Translations under genes and position numbers: made by a program
IMG/VR virus record: IMGVR_UViG_3300045988_122718
Span: 64,001 to 128,000 of that record
Direction: 5' to 3' (one strand)
Length of the DNA: 64,000 nt
Source: a virus
In this document: positions 50,740 through 60,233 of the stretch, in pieces
How positions within the stretch are numbered: position 1 is the first letter of the stretch
Layout of the letters: the number at the start of each line of letters is the position of its first letter
The notes under the pieces: model-generated
The model's input: the letters and a program-made list of their open reading frames with translations, nothing else
What the model was told of the DNA's origin: nothing
The model's database searches: none

Positions 50740-50805
50740 TTACTTTTTATTCCAGAGAAGCCATCCACAAGCAACTCCGAACAAGAAACATACAATTTGT
50801 TTCAT
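50740..50805 (-). CDS. micro-ORF encoding a 21-aa hydrophobic peptide
   Basis: MKQIVCFLFGVACGWLLWNKK, with an AAGGAAGAAG RBS, lying between two promoters. Confidence 0.3.
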   Translation of the reverse strand: MKQIVCFLFGVACGWLLWNKK

Positions 50806-50820
50806 CTTTACTTCTTCCTT

Positions 50821-50849
50821 ATTATACCATATTCTGCATCATTTGTCAA
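50821..50849 (-). promoter_or_regulatory. sigma-A promoter
   Basis: TTGACA (50844-50849), 17 nt spacer, TGGTATAAT (-10 at 50821-50826). Confidence 0.6.
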
Positions 50850-51196
50850 GCATTTTCTCGATTTTTTCTTGTGCAACTTACTCGATTGCAGAACTCAAAC
50901 TGCACCGCATTCAAATCCTCTGCAAACTCGTCACACTTGGCATCCAGTGCTGTATAGTACCGATCCAGAAGCTTTGCCTTTGCCATCTTCATGCCGACAG
51001 CAGGATTATACTCATCATCAGGATGGCATACGACAACCGCACGATAAGAACTACTCATCAGGTACTTGCTAGGATTGAAACACAGAGATTTGGTTTGTCC
51101 CATAATCTTTGCAATCTTATGAATAGCGTCATACTTCGTATTTTCAAGAATCGCGATAGTCTTGTTTTGCTCCGGCACATGTACAAACTTAATCAT
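50846..51196 (-). CDS. hypothetical protein
   Basis: ORF behind promoter + leader box. Confidence 0.5.
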   Translation of the reverse strand: MIKFVHVPEQNKTIAILENTKYDAIHKIAKIMGQTKSLCFNPSKYLMSSSYRAVVVCHPDDEYNPAVGMKMAKAKLLDRYYTALDAKCDEFAEDLNAVQFEFCNRVSCTRKNRENA

Positions 51197-51217
51197 TTTT
51201 TGTTATCCTTTCTTGTT

Positions 51218-51262
51218 TTAATTTTGTATTGTGATTATAACATACTTTCTTGAACTTGTCAA
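51218..51262 (-). promoter_or_regulatory. sigma-A promoter + leader-box variant
   Basis: TTGACA (51257-51262), 17 nt spacer, TGTTATAAT (-10 at 51234-51239), then ACAATACAAAATTAA (51218-51232). Confidence 0.65.
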
Positions 51263-51311
51263 GCACCTTTTTAACCATCCCGGTAAAGGTTCTTGCCTCA
51301 TTCATTGTTTG

Positions 51312-51340
51312 TATTATAGCACATTAATTTTGTTTTGTCA
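51312..51340 (-). promoter_or_regulatory. sigma-A promoter (tandem, upstream of the previous one)
   Basis: TTGACA (51335-51340, overlapping the TGA of the PurA-like gene), 17 nt spacer, TGCTATAAT (-10 at 51312-51317). Confidence 0.6.
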
Positions 51341-52486
51341 AGTATCTTTTTTAAATAATTTTCTAGTTTCTTCATAAGACAGGTACTTAATATTAATGCC
51401 CGTCAAATTCAGCAGTTTTTCATTTTTAAACTCGTTAACATGAGTTACTGCCAGAGACACCTCATAGGCAATATCCCCAATATCTTCCTTAATTCTTTGC
51501 ATAAGCTCACCAACATCAAGATGCCCATACCGAATAGACCCCTGATACTGGTTTGTAATATTGGTCTTGTCATCAATGTTAATGTTAATCTCCGACTTGT
51601 CACATTCACATTCAAAATCACCAGCACCATGCTTCGTCATATATGTTCTAGTAACATAGCACACTTCAACGTTTGCATTAGGTAAATACTTTTCAATGAT
51701 TATATGAGGATTTGCAATGCCAGTATTGCTAGGAGTCGTATTATCATAATACTGAACATGACGCTGATCCAACAGCAATCCTTGCCCATTTTCAAATATA
51801 ACGTTATCAAACTTTTGCAAAATCCTACTATAATCAAATACTACATGAGAATGTATAAACTGCACATCGTCAATAAAGTTATAAATCAAATTGTCGGATG
51901 CCAAAATATCTTCCCATTCCTGCAAAACTTCAGGACTAGCCTTTAGCAGCCTCTTAGACGTATATTCATCCCTGACACGCTTAAGAAATGCGACCTGCTC
52001 GTCCTTAGTCATATTATAAAACTGCTGGAAAGACGGACTTGTAGTATTCCTATATCTAAGAACAGTTTCCCAAATACCCATACCACAAGAGCCATACCGA
52101 TTTTTGCCACGACTATCCTCAAGGATTTGATTTGTAATCATATCATATGGAGTAGACCATCTGCAATTCCAATGACTATAAACACGAGGTGCATAGCCTA
52201 ATGCCTTCAGTTCCTCGTACTCTTTTCTAAAAGTCATAGGATTTAGAATATACTCTTCCCCAAAATAAGTATCTGCTCCCGCAAAGGTTCCTGAACCAAA
52301 ATGGTGGAACACATGTCTAATGTCATCTGGAGTAACTACAGTATGTCCTCTTTGTGCGCCGCCATTGCATAGAGCAACGATACAAGATTCATTCCGCTTA
52401 CTTGCTTCGGCACAAAAGTAATCGGTCATCAGACCTTTTCCCTCGTCGCCAAAATTGCTGCCAATTACTACCTTAACATTAGACAT
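51338..52486 (-). CDS. adenylosuccinate-synthetase-like (PurA family) enzyme, divergent
   Basis: P-loop VVIGSNFGDEGKGLMTDYF, GGAQRGHTV and YGSCGMGIWET parallel the PurA motifs (GDEGKG, N-A-GHT, TTG-GIGP). The ATG at 52486 follows AAAGGA. Confidence 0.65.
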   Translation of the reverse strand: MSNVKVVIGSNFGDEGKGLMTDYFCAEASKRNESCIVALCNGGAQRGHTVVTPDDIRHVFHHFGSGTFAGADTYFGEEYILNPMTFRKEYEELKALGYAPRVYSHWNCRWSTPYDMITNQILEDSRGKNRYGSCGMGIWETVLRYRNTTSPSFQQFYNMTKDEQVAFLKRVRDEYTSKRLLKASPEVLQEWEDILASDNLIYNFIDDVQFIHSHVVFDYSRILQKFDNVIFENGQGLLLDQRHVQYYDNTTPSNTGIANPHIIIEKYLPNANVEVCYVTRTYMTKHGAGDFECECDKSEININIDDKTNITNQYQGSIRYGHLDVGELMQRIKEDIGDIAYEVSLAVTHVNEFKNEKLLNLTGINIKYLSYEETRKLFKKDT

Positions 52487-52500
52487 GTGTTTATCCTTTC

Positions 52501-53355
52501 TTACCAAGAAATACCTTCACTAGATGTTGCTACATTGCCACCAGAAAACGCATTGGTGACAATATCAATGATGTCGTCTGCAATCTTATCAACAGATGTA
52601 TCCTTCAGATGATTCTCGTCCAGAAGCTGTCCGAAAGTCTTATGAACATCCTCCTGATAACGACCATAACCATGCTTGACATACAGGTGATAGATATCAA
52701 ACTTCTCGGATGCATCAATGTAAAGCTGCGTCGTTTCAATATCATTCTGTAGGTCATCACCAGTCACTGCAGATAGAGCCTTCTTCGGCAGATATGGATT
52801 CATAGGCTCATCACCCATAGTGATAATGACACCCTTCTGTCCACGATTCCAGCAGTCTAGCTTCGTGTGGTTAAGGCCGAAATACCATGCGGCGCTATAA
52901 GACTCATAAGCATTACCTCCGCCGCCGCCCTCAAAATAAATCTTATCAAGCTGTTCTGCGATACGGATATCAGACTCAAACTGGGATGCCTGAATTGGAG
53001 CGCAATCGTAAGCAAGGTCCCCAATGCCCATAACCATAAACTCTACGTCTGCGATATTCTCGTATAGTTTGGTCATTACTACGTTGATCTGCTTTGCAAC
53101 TTCCATAGCCGCCTTGCCCATGCTACCAGTTACATCGAGTGCTAGAATAACAGGCTTGGTATTAGGATGCTCCACAGAATCAACACACTCACGCATTACA
53201 TTCTTGGGATCAAGGTCTGCTACTAGCATTCTAGATCTGAAATTGTCCTGCACATTAGAGGACATTCCAGTGACTACACCGTCCATTGACACGTTGTACC
53301 CCTTGGTAGTCGTATAAGAGGTAAAAGCGCTTCTAGTCCAACTGCCACCGCCCAT
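52501..53355 (-). CDS. von Willebrand factor A (vWA) domain protein
   Basis: The MIDAS motif is LALDVTGSMG (D-x-T/S-x-S), with a beta-alpha pattern typical of vWA. Confidence 0.7.
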   Translation of the reverse strand: MGGGSWTRSAFTSYTTTKGYNVSMDGVVTGMSSNVQDNFRSRMLVADLDPKNVMRECVDSVEHPNTKPVILALDVTGSMGKAAMEVAKQINVVMTKLYENIADVEFMVMGIGDLAYDCAPIQASQFESDIRIAEQLDKIYFEGGGGGNAYESYSAAWYFGLNHTKLDCWNRGQKGVIITMGDEPMNPYLPKKALSAVTGDDLQNDIETTQLYIDASEKFDIYHLYVKHGYGRYQEDVHKTFGQLLDENHLKDTSVDKIADDIIDIVTNAFSGGNVATSSEGISW

Positions 53356-53357
53356 TC

Positions 53358-53933
53358 TTACTCAGCCTCACTTTCATCATCAATATCAAAATCAAACATG
53401 CCACTAAACATGTCGGATACATTGTTGCCGTTCATAAGCATCATCATAGGAAGCATAGAATTCATACCATTGCCGGTGCCACTGTTGCCCTTCATCATCT
53501 CGGACATAATCATATAAGACATCATCTTGTCCATACCCTTCTTGCCCTTCATGAAGTTGTTGCCGAACATGGATACAATCTTGCCGTAGAAATAAGTGCT
53601 ACCCATAAAGACATGGCGCTCAGGAAGAATAGTTTCTACAGTAGAGTCCTCGTAGTTGATTACGGTGATAGTGTCCTTCTCAGCCTTAATCACACACTTG
53701 GGCTTACCAGAAACCAGAATGATGTCGCCAACCTCAACCTTGTTCGTAGGCATAACAAAGAAGAACTCTTCACCAATGTCAAAAACAAAGCTGTCACAAT
53801 TCGTCAGACGACCATTCTTTACATTGTAGCTCTTGTAACCATTAGAAGTCTTGACCGCGATACCACCGTTCATAGAAAGTCTGCACATACCAGGTGCAAT
53901 CTTGCCGAACATACCATTAAATACGTTTGTCAT
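53358..53933 (-). CDS. hypothetical protein with Met/Gly/Asn-rich C-terminal tail
   Basis: The ATG at 53933 follows AAAAGGAG and the leader box. The C-terminus is MMSYMIMSEMMKGNSGTGNGMNSMLPMMMLMNGNN. Confidence 0.55.
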   Translation of the reverse strand: MTNVFNGMFGKIAPGMCRLSMNGGIAVKTSNGYKSYNVKNGRLTNCDSFVFDIGEEFFFVMPTNKVEVGDIILVSGKPKCVIKAEKDTITVINYEDSTVETILPERHVFMGSTYFYGKIVSMFGNNFMKGKKGMDKMMSYMIMSEMMKGNSGTGNGMNSMLPMMMLMNGNNVSDMFSGMFDFDIDDESEAE

Positions 53934-53955
53934 AATGTTTCTCCTTTTTTGAACT

Positions 53956-54013
53956 TTAATTTTGTACTGTCTTTTGATGATTGAATAATACCACATCAAC
54001 TTCATTTTGTCAA
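53956..54013 (-). promoter_or_regulatory. sigma-A promoter + leader box (box displaced 14 nt from the -10)
   Basis: TTGACA (54008-54013), 17 nt spacer, TGGTATTAT (-10 at 53985-53990), then ACAGTACAAAATTAA (53956-53970). Confidence 0.6.
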
Positions 54014-54088
54014 ATGGTTTCTTCAAGTTTTTTTGAGAGGTGGCTCGGCAGTATGTGTAAGTTTGAACCACCTCTCAACTGTATCTGG

Positions 54089-54117
54089 ATTATAGCACCA
54101 GATGTTTTATTTATCAA
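54089..54117 (-). promoter_or_regulatory. sigma-A promoter (tandem)
   Basis: TTGATA (54112-54117, overlapping the dnaE TGA), 17 nt spacer, TGCTATAAT (-10 at 54089-54094). Confidence 0.55.
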
Positions 54118-57100
54118 GAGGGTAATTGCACGTTTATCAAGTAGTTCGTCAGCCATTTCTCCGTGACAGAATAATTCTTTTGCCACTGGCCATCGACCAA
54201 CTTTGACTTCGGTCGCTGCTCCCAATGGAAATTCAAAAAGCACCCCTTATCAAAAGGATTTTTCTCATATGCCCTTTTTTGCACTTTATATGTCACGATC
54301 TTTCCGTCCCAGAGTTGATAAATCTGTATCTTTGGAGAATATCGGCAATTCACATCCATGACATAACCAATATCCTTTTTGCTTTCATCCTTATAACAAA
54401 TATAACCTAAATACTCTGACTGCCATGTAAATATGCTTTGCATAGGTACGGTGCAATTGCTCGGAATCATACAACAAAGTTCTGTGATAAAGCCGTTTGT
54501 GTCCTGTACTCGCCACTGCTTCTCTGTCTCCGTACAATACTTGGTTAAAATCTCCATAGGAAGTTTACACTTATCCTTCTTGATAATTTTCTTTCCGCCA
54601 TATGCATTATACATTTCAACTGTACGTAGTAAAGTACCTATAGTTCCGAACTCAGAAAAATAATCGAGCTTAATCAAAATGTCTAACATTCTACTGTTTC
54701 CAGGAAACGCCCTAATGATATCTACGAATGAGTCAAAATGCTCATCTTTCATCGCATAAAGTTTATCCGATGTTTCTGCGTTAATAAATTTGACCGAAGA
54801 CATGCCTTTATAGATCGTATTTTCTGTCTTATCACAGTTATAATCAGACTTAGAGTGTCTAAACTTTATGTCCTTCAATGTAATACCGAAGTACGGAAGT
54901 TCATCAATAAGCTTTGCCGTTCTATCCATATCGCCACTATACATAGTAAGTACTACAGTAAAGTATTCAAGAGGATAATGCGACTTCAAATACGCTCCGT
55001 ACATTGAGTCTATTGCCACACTAAGACTATGTGATGCATTGAACGAGTAGTGTGCAGCATCATTAACAACTTGCCATGTTTCTGCGAAGCCTTTTTCTGT
55101 ACCAACATTTTTAATCCAACCTTGTAGAAGCTCTGATTCAAGTTTCTTCAACTCATCCTCTTTGAATTTCTTCTTTGCAATCTTCTTGATGGTATCATAG
55201 GTGCCCTTTTCTTCCATACCTAACCACACAAGATAGCTCATGATATTCTCTTGGTACATAAGAAAATGGAATGAGTCTTCTAGAATATCATCAAGCTCTT
55301 TGACGCCTGTAGTATATGGCTTCCTCTCTACAAATGTATTTAACAATGAAGCAAAGCCAGGGCGAATAGCGGCTACATATGCAGACATCTCTGCTAAGTT
55401 TCTAGGTTTATACCTCTTAAGAATCTGCTTATCATAATCACTATCGGCCTGATTTATTGTCGTAGTAAGACCTTTAGCATAAATATCCCACACCTTATCA
55501 TCGCAGTTTTTGATAAGTGTCGTAATATTGTCAATCGGTCTACCAATCATTTCATATACATCATGAATAATCTGATATACAGAAACAGTTAAATAATCGT
55601 TCTTTAGATACTTATAAACATCACAATTATAACCATCAAGACAGCAACAAGTTACGTCTCCGACCTTAATTAGACCTATCATTTCAGATATTTTATCGTT
55701 GGACAGAAGAAAACTACAAGGACTTGGTGCAACACTTTCTACTACTCCACGGAAAATCTTGCTACCCTCTATCAAATCCTTCCACTTAGGGTCATCCAAA
55801 TGATTTTCCAAATTTTTCGCCACATCATCATACTCTGAAATGTTAAGGCCATTAGCTTTACACCAAAGACGGAACGCAGAAGATTCCTGTAGTGGCTTAT
55901 ACGCAACCATATAATAGATTCCGTCTTCGCCAAGAATATCCTTACTCGCTTGAATAACAGGTGTTACATCCGCAAAGTTAAGATCAATATCTGGGATGCT
56001 GCGACTAGAAAGAATACGCTCTGCCGACATAAATCTCGTAGGATAGAGTTTGATAGGGGCACTAATACGGTCTACCTCGGTAAGCCCTAACAACTTGTTG
56101 ATATAAAAAGACACTGCCGATCCACGCCCGCTACGAGTTAAAATGGCATCATAATCCTTGACTGCCTTTTCTACAACGTAATGGTCTAGAATAAAATAGT
56201 CTGCCATACCACAGTCTTCAATAATCTTATATTCGTACTTGATTTGCTCGATATATTCCTTGTGACGTTCTTTAGGCACATTGACCTTTTCTCTGCGCCA
56301 TCCTTCATTGATAAGCTTTCGCAAAATAGCATTGCTATCGCCTTCAACTACTTTAGGAATTTTAAACTCCTTATCAATATAAATACCTTCGGCATTATCG
56401 AATACAAGGGTATTATTTAGGGCTTCTTCCACTTCTCCTCTTGTGAGTATCCCCTGTTTCTCATAGCGTTCAAAGATAGTATCAGAATCAGGATAGTCAA
56501 GACAGAATCCTGATTCTTCTTCATATACAATGCCTTTAGCCTTTAAGAATAAGTCACGATACTTGGCATCTTCTGGTAAAATATAGTGAGAGTCATTGGC
56601 ATGGATAATAGGCACACCAGTCTCTCTATGCAAAGCAATAATCTTTTTATTATACTCTATCTGGTGAATATCATTATGATTTTGCACCTCAAGATAAAAA
56701 TTTTTCCCAAAATGTTTATAAAGAGGTTCAAAAAAGTTAGCGCTCCAATAATCTGGTTCAATCGGTATCTTTTCGTAAATTGGCTTTTTAACAATCCGAT
56801 CTCCCACATGATAACTGGGGCCAGAATCATTAACCACTACGTCTCTATATCCGATAATATTTCTTGTTTCTTCATAATATTTTGGTTTAAACATTCTCCC
56901 AGCAATACAAGCAGTCGTTACAACAACTTCTTCTGCCGGTAGACTAAGGAGGAGTTTGAGATCAATTCTTGGCTTATAATAATACCCTTCAGTATTGGCC
57001 ACAGACATAATCCTGTTGATTTCTCTACGAGCATTTTCTGTTAAAGCCACAAGCATTATATGATAATTTGTTCGACTTGTTTTATCATTGATGTCGTCAA

Positions 57101-57317
57101 CGTAATACGCCTCAACTGCATAAATACACTTCAAATCATTCTGCTGACAAAGAGTATAAGCTTCAAAAATGTTACCTTGAAACCCATGCTCTGTAGTGAA
57201 ATATGTAGTATGACCAAGCTCCTTAGCACGATTGATGTAGTCAATTGGTTTCACCACACAATCCAATGTGCGCAAATTACTATACATCGTATGTTTATGG
57301 TAGTTGTTATATCTCAC
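54114..57317 (-). CDS. dnaE: DNA polymerase III alpha subunit (DnaE-type, N-terminal PHP domain)
   Basis: The PHP motif is HKHTMYSNLRTLDCV...ELGHTTYFTTEHG. The 1067-aa length and polymerase core pattern fit. Confidence 0.85.
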   Translation of the reverse strand: MRYNNYHKHTMYSNLRTLDCVVKPIDYINRAKELGHTTYFTTEHGFQGNIFEAYTLCQQNDLKCIYAVEAYYVDDINDKTSRTNYHIMLVALTENARREINRIMSVANTEGYYYKPRIDLKLLLSLPAEEVVVTTACIAGRMFKPKYYEETRNIIGYRDVVVNDSGPSYHVGDRIVKKPIYEKIPIEPDYWSANFFEPLYKHFGKNFYLEVQNHNDIHQIEYNKKIIALHRETGVPIIHANDSHYILPEDAKYRDLFLKAKGIVYEEESGFCLDYPDSDTIFERYEKQGILTRGEVEEALNNTLVFDNAEGIYIDKEFKIPKVVEGDSNAILRKLINEGWRREKVNVPKERHKEYIEQIKYEYKIIEDCGMADYFILDHYVVEKAVKDYDAILTRSGRGSAVSFYINKLLGLTEVDRISAPIKLYPTRFMSAERILSSRSIPDIDLNFADVTPVIQASKDILGEDGIYYMVAYKPLQESSAFRLWCKANGLNISEYDDVAKNLENHLDDPKWKDLIEGSKIFRGVVESVAPSPCSFLLSNDKISEMIGLIKVGDVTCCCLDGYNCDVYKYLKNDYLTVSVYQIIHDVYEMIGRPIDNITTLIKNCDDKVWDIYAKGLTTTINQADSDYDKQILKRYKPRNLAEMSAYVAAIRPGFASLLNTFVERKPYTTGVKELDDILEDSFHFLMYQENIMSYLVWLGMEEKGTYDTIKKIAKKKFKEDELKKLESELLQGWIKNVGTEKGFAETWQVVNDAAHYSFNASHSLSVAIDSMYGAYLKSHYPLEYFTVVLTMYSGDMDRTAKLIDELPYFGITLKDIKFRHSKSDYNCDKTENTIYKGMSSVKFINAETSDKLYAMKDEHFDSFVDIIRAFPGNSRMLDILIKLDYFSEFGTIGTLLRTVEMYNAYGGKKIIKKDKCKLPMEILTKYCTETEKQWRVQDTNGFITELCCMIPSNCTVPMQSIFTWQSEYLGYICYKDESKKDIGYVMDVNCRYSPKIQIYQLWDGKIVTYKVQKRAYEKNPFDKGCFLNFHWEQRPKSKLVDGQWQKNYSVTEKWLTNYLINVQLPS

Positions 57318-57529
57318 TATGCCACCTCATATCCTAGAAATTTTATCTTTACATAATACGTCCACTTAGGCTTCCAAATCTGCCACCACTTGCGCTTATA
57401 CTTGTCAAATCCTACAATGCAAAATGGTGCAGCCCAAAGGCTACTTTCTGACATAAAAACATCTAACCCAACAGAAAAGATATCTCCATCGTGTAATTCA
57501 TAAACTCTTACTTCGTCCATCACTCGCAC
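57317..57529 (-). CDS. hypothetical protein
   Basis: ORF behind the promoter at 57541-57582. Its stop overlaps the dnaE start. Confidence 0.5.
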   Translation of the reverse strand: MRVMDEVRVYELHDGDIFSVGLDVFMSESSLWAAPFCIVGFDKYKRKWWQIWKPKWTYYVKIKFLGYEVA

Positions 57530-57540
57530 CTCCCCCTACT

Positions 57541-57582
57541 TTAATTTTGTACTGTTATATCATACTTCTTCTTCTTTGTCAA
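57541..57582 (-). promoter_or_regulatory. sigma-A promoter + leader box
   Basis: TTGACA (57577-57582), 17 nt spacer, TGATATAAC (-10 at 57554-57559), overlapping ACAGTACAAAATTAA (57541-57555). Confidence 0.6.
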
Positions 57583-59164
57583 GTTTAACATAATCATTCA
57601 TTGTAAGCTGAAAAAACTTATTGCGACCATAATACGGGGCTGCCAAAGTGCCAATCCCAACAAACTCTCCGTTATTATCCATAGTTTTCCACGACATATC
57701 GTTCCACTTGACTAGAATAACTCCACTCTCATCAATAATTTTTAAATGTTTCTTAGTAGAGAATGTACTCACTTCATAGTTATCGGTTCTAATAAGCACT
57801 GTAACCGCTGGGGAATCTTTCCCACTGATACGATTAAAAGCGTTAAGCTGCTTAATGAGTTGTTCATTTACCTGTTCTGCTGTGATTTCAATATCAGCCT
57901 CAATATCGACACTAAATTCAATATCTGCTAGTTCATCTTCTATGACATTTCTAAACTGTTCAAATTTATCTGTATCACAAGTAAACCCAGCCGCCGACTC
58001 ATGTCCGTCACAACGAGCTAGACCAGTATTGTTTACTATACCCATGAAATCTGGGATTCCTATGGCCCTCATGCTGCCAGATATTGTGTCACCATAATCT
58101 CTAACTACTATAAGGGGGCGCTGGAATTCTGATAGCAAACGGTTCCCGACCAAGCCCGTTATATCCGCATCTGTTTCGTCAATGAAAAACACCATAAACT
58201 TTTTATCCAATTGCTCTTCACCTTGCTTCATAAGGTCTGGTAATATTCCATTGACAATCTCATTCTGCTCTTCACGACACGCTTTAAGTTTTGGATAAAT
58301 TTCAGCAATTTCATCCTCATCTTCTGCCAAAAACATTTGTGCGGACAAATCATTATGCCTTGTTCTAATTGCAGCATTAACTAGTGGGGCAATACTAAAT
58401 TGAATAGCTTCTGTATTAAACTGATAAGTGCCGATCATTTTTTTAACAATTGGATTTTGATATTGGTTTAATCCCTTGCTAACGATATACCGATTTTCTG
58501 GCTCTGCAAGTGAGCAGACATCTGCAACGATTCCAACTGCTCCATACCACCATAAATCATCTGCATAATCAGTAAGATTCATTTCATCACAATATAAGCA
58601 GCACTTAAGCACAACACCAGCACCTGACAGTTGGCTATTCGGGTAATCTACTGCGCTACTTACAAGAACAAACGGAACATTACTATTTAATAATTCTTGG
58701 CTCGGAATATGATGATCCATCACAATCAAAGAAATTCCAGAGTCTGTAATTTTTTTATATATACTAGGGTCATTATTAAGACTGTCTACTACAATAATAA
58801 TATCTACTCCATCAAAAACTTCCAAATCTATGTTCTGTACGCCATGTTCCTTCTTGTCGTGTACAAAATATGAGACATCTGCGCCGGCTCTTTGTAGGTA
58901 TTTGGTCATAATTGCTCCAGCAGCATGGCCATCTTGGTCTTCGTCCCACACTACGCAAAATTTATATCCCATTGCTATTCCATCGTCAATAATTTCATAC
59001 GCCTTGTCTATGTTTTTTAACTTCTCAAATGGGATTAAGGAGTCCTCACTTGGGTGCAAGAACTCCTGAATATCTTCAATTTCTCTATCATCAAGTATGG
59101 TTTCTATAATTTCACCATTATCCATACCACGACAATCATATTTTGCCTTTAATACTTTCTTCAT
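57560..59164 (-). CDS. DHH-family phosphoesterase (RecJ-like single-strand exonuclease)
   Basis: Motifs DEDQDGHAAGA, VVDS, MDHH and GHESAAGF (DHHA1). Confidence 0.75.
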   Translation of the reverse strand: MKKVLKAKYDCRGMDNGEIIETILDDREIEDIQEFLHPSEDSLIPFEKLKNIDKAYEIIDDGIAMGYKFCVVWDEDQDGHAAGAIMTKYLQRAGADVSYFVHDKKEHGVQNIDLEVFDGVDIIIVVDSLNNDPSIYKKITDSGISLIVMDHHIPSQELLNSNVPFVLVSSAVDYPNSQLSGAGVVLKCCLYCDEMNLTDYADDLWWYGAVGIVADVCSLAEPENRYIVSKGLNQYQNPIVKKMIGTYQFNTEAIQFSIAPLVNAAIRTRHNDLSAQMFLAEDEDEIAEIYPKLKACREEQNEIVNGILPDLMKQGEEQLDKKFMVFFIDETDADITGLVGNRLLSEFQRPLIVVRDYGDTISGSMRAIGIPDFMGIVNNTGLARCDGHESAAGFTCDTDKFEQFRNVIEDELADIEFSVDIEADIEITAEQVNEQLIKQLNAFNRISGKDSPAVTVLIRTDNYEVSTFSTKKHLKIIDESGVILVKWNDMSWKTMDNNGEFVGIGTLAAPYYGRNKFFQLTMNDYVKLDKEEEV

Positions 59165-59173
59165 TCACATCAC

Positions 59174-59353
59174 CTATCCAAAAATACACCCAGACTCAAA
59201 GCAGCACCCATCTAAATCTTCTCTGGTCTCATTTATTTCCACACAAGCAAGAACACATACTCCTTCATAACGATAATTATTATCTTTGTCCATAAACGAA
59301 ACAAGTACTGTTTTGCCAATGGACGGCAGCTCATTCATCTTATGCCAAATCAT
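59174..59353 (-). CDS. DUF551-like small protein
   Basis: MIWHKMNELPSIGKTVLVSF pattern. The RBS is GAAAGAAGG. Confidence 0.45.
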   Translation of the reverse strand: MIWHKMNELPSIGKTVLVSFMDKDNNYRYEGVCVLACVEINETREDLDGCCFESGCIFG

Positions 59354-59511
59354 CAAATACCTTCTTTCTAAACAAATCAAACTTTCGGAAGAACTTTCCC
59401 CATGGTAAGCAACACCAATATGTTACTCTATACCTACCATTTAAAGTAGTCTCGTAATAATGCCAAAAGCCGAAAAACGAATAAATCTTTTGCCATAGTG
59501 TCTTTTTCATA

Positions 59512-59742
59512 TTAGTCCTCCTTAACCAAATCTACTGCAATAATAAACTTATCAGCATCCATACACCAAAAGTCCTTGCAATAGCCGCACCCTCTCGCTA
59601 ATTGTGTATGCTCTTTATCCAAGTGTAATGCACAAAAAATAGGGGCACCTAAAACTTTATCATTTTCGCATTCAATCACTTTGTGAACTACATATTTACA
59701 ATAATCGCAACAAGGGATACATTCTTCACTACATTTCCTCAT
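59512..59742 (-). CDS. hypothetical Cys-rich protein
   Basis: CSEECIPCCDYCKY...CGYCKDFWC. Confidence 0.5.
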   Translation of the reverse strand: MRKCSEECIPCCDYCKYVVHKVIECENDKVLGAPIFCALHLDKEHTQLARGCGYCKDFWCMDADKFIIAVDLVKED

Positions 59743-60233
59743 AGTCTCCTCCCAATTTCATTCGTAATCTTTTCGGCTTCTCTAATTTCTTTCTCTGCTT
59801 GTTTACAAATGCTGTCAATGTCCTTTTGAACAAGTTCGAGCATCCCTCTCATATCTTCGTTGTGCTTGTACTTCTTCTTTATATTTTGTTTATGTTTATC
59901 CCAATAATAGAATCTGATGTATGAGAATAATTTAAATTTGACTTTATATTTGTTTCTAAACTTTACACTAAGTCTACGATACATATCATATCCATCATAT
60001 TCTTCTTTAATATTTAAAGAACATAGTTTCCCATCATAATCGTATCCTATTTCATATCTGTCTGGATTTAAATTATAAAAATCTATAAAATCTTTGAAGG
60101 ATAAAAATATTTCACTTTTGCCATCATCATAACCACTCTGATTGAAATACTCTTGCTTTATAGCAAACACCGCTACAAAAATAGGAACACCAATAATTGT
60201 ACAAAATATCAAACATCCAATCGGAAATATCAT
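59739..60233 (-). CDS. hypothetical membrane-anchored protein
   Basis: N-terminal TM (IGCLIFCTIIGVPIFVAVFAI). Confidence 0.5.
   Translation of the reverse strand: MIFPIGCLIFCTIIGVPIFVAVFAIKQEYFNQSGYDDGKSEIFLSFKDFIDFYNLNPDRYEIGYDYDGKLCSLNIKEEYDGYDMYRRLSVKFRNKYKVKFKLFSYIRFYYWDKHKQNIKKKYKHNEDMRGMLELVQKDIDSICKQAEKEIREAEKITNEIGRRL

Noticed and set aside
50693-51253. Three overlapping + strand ORFs (50693-51253, 50700-50957, 50725-51072)
   Set aside because: The region holds three - strand promoters, a micro-ORF and the - strand gene 50846-51196. The + strand frames have no RBS and hydrophobic low-complexity products.
51338-52486. Confident call of PurZ (Z-genome biosynthesis)
   Set aside because: The P-loop keeps the canonical PurA GDEGKG, and no MazG-like gene is visible in the window. 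I kept it only as a hypothesis to test.
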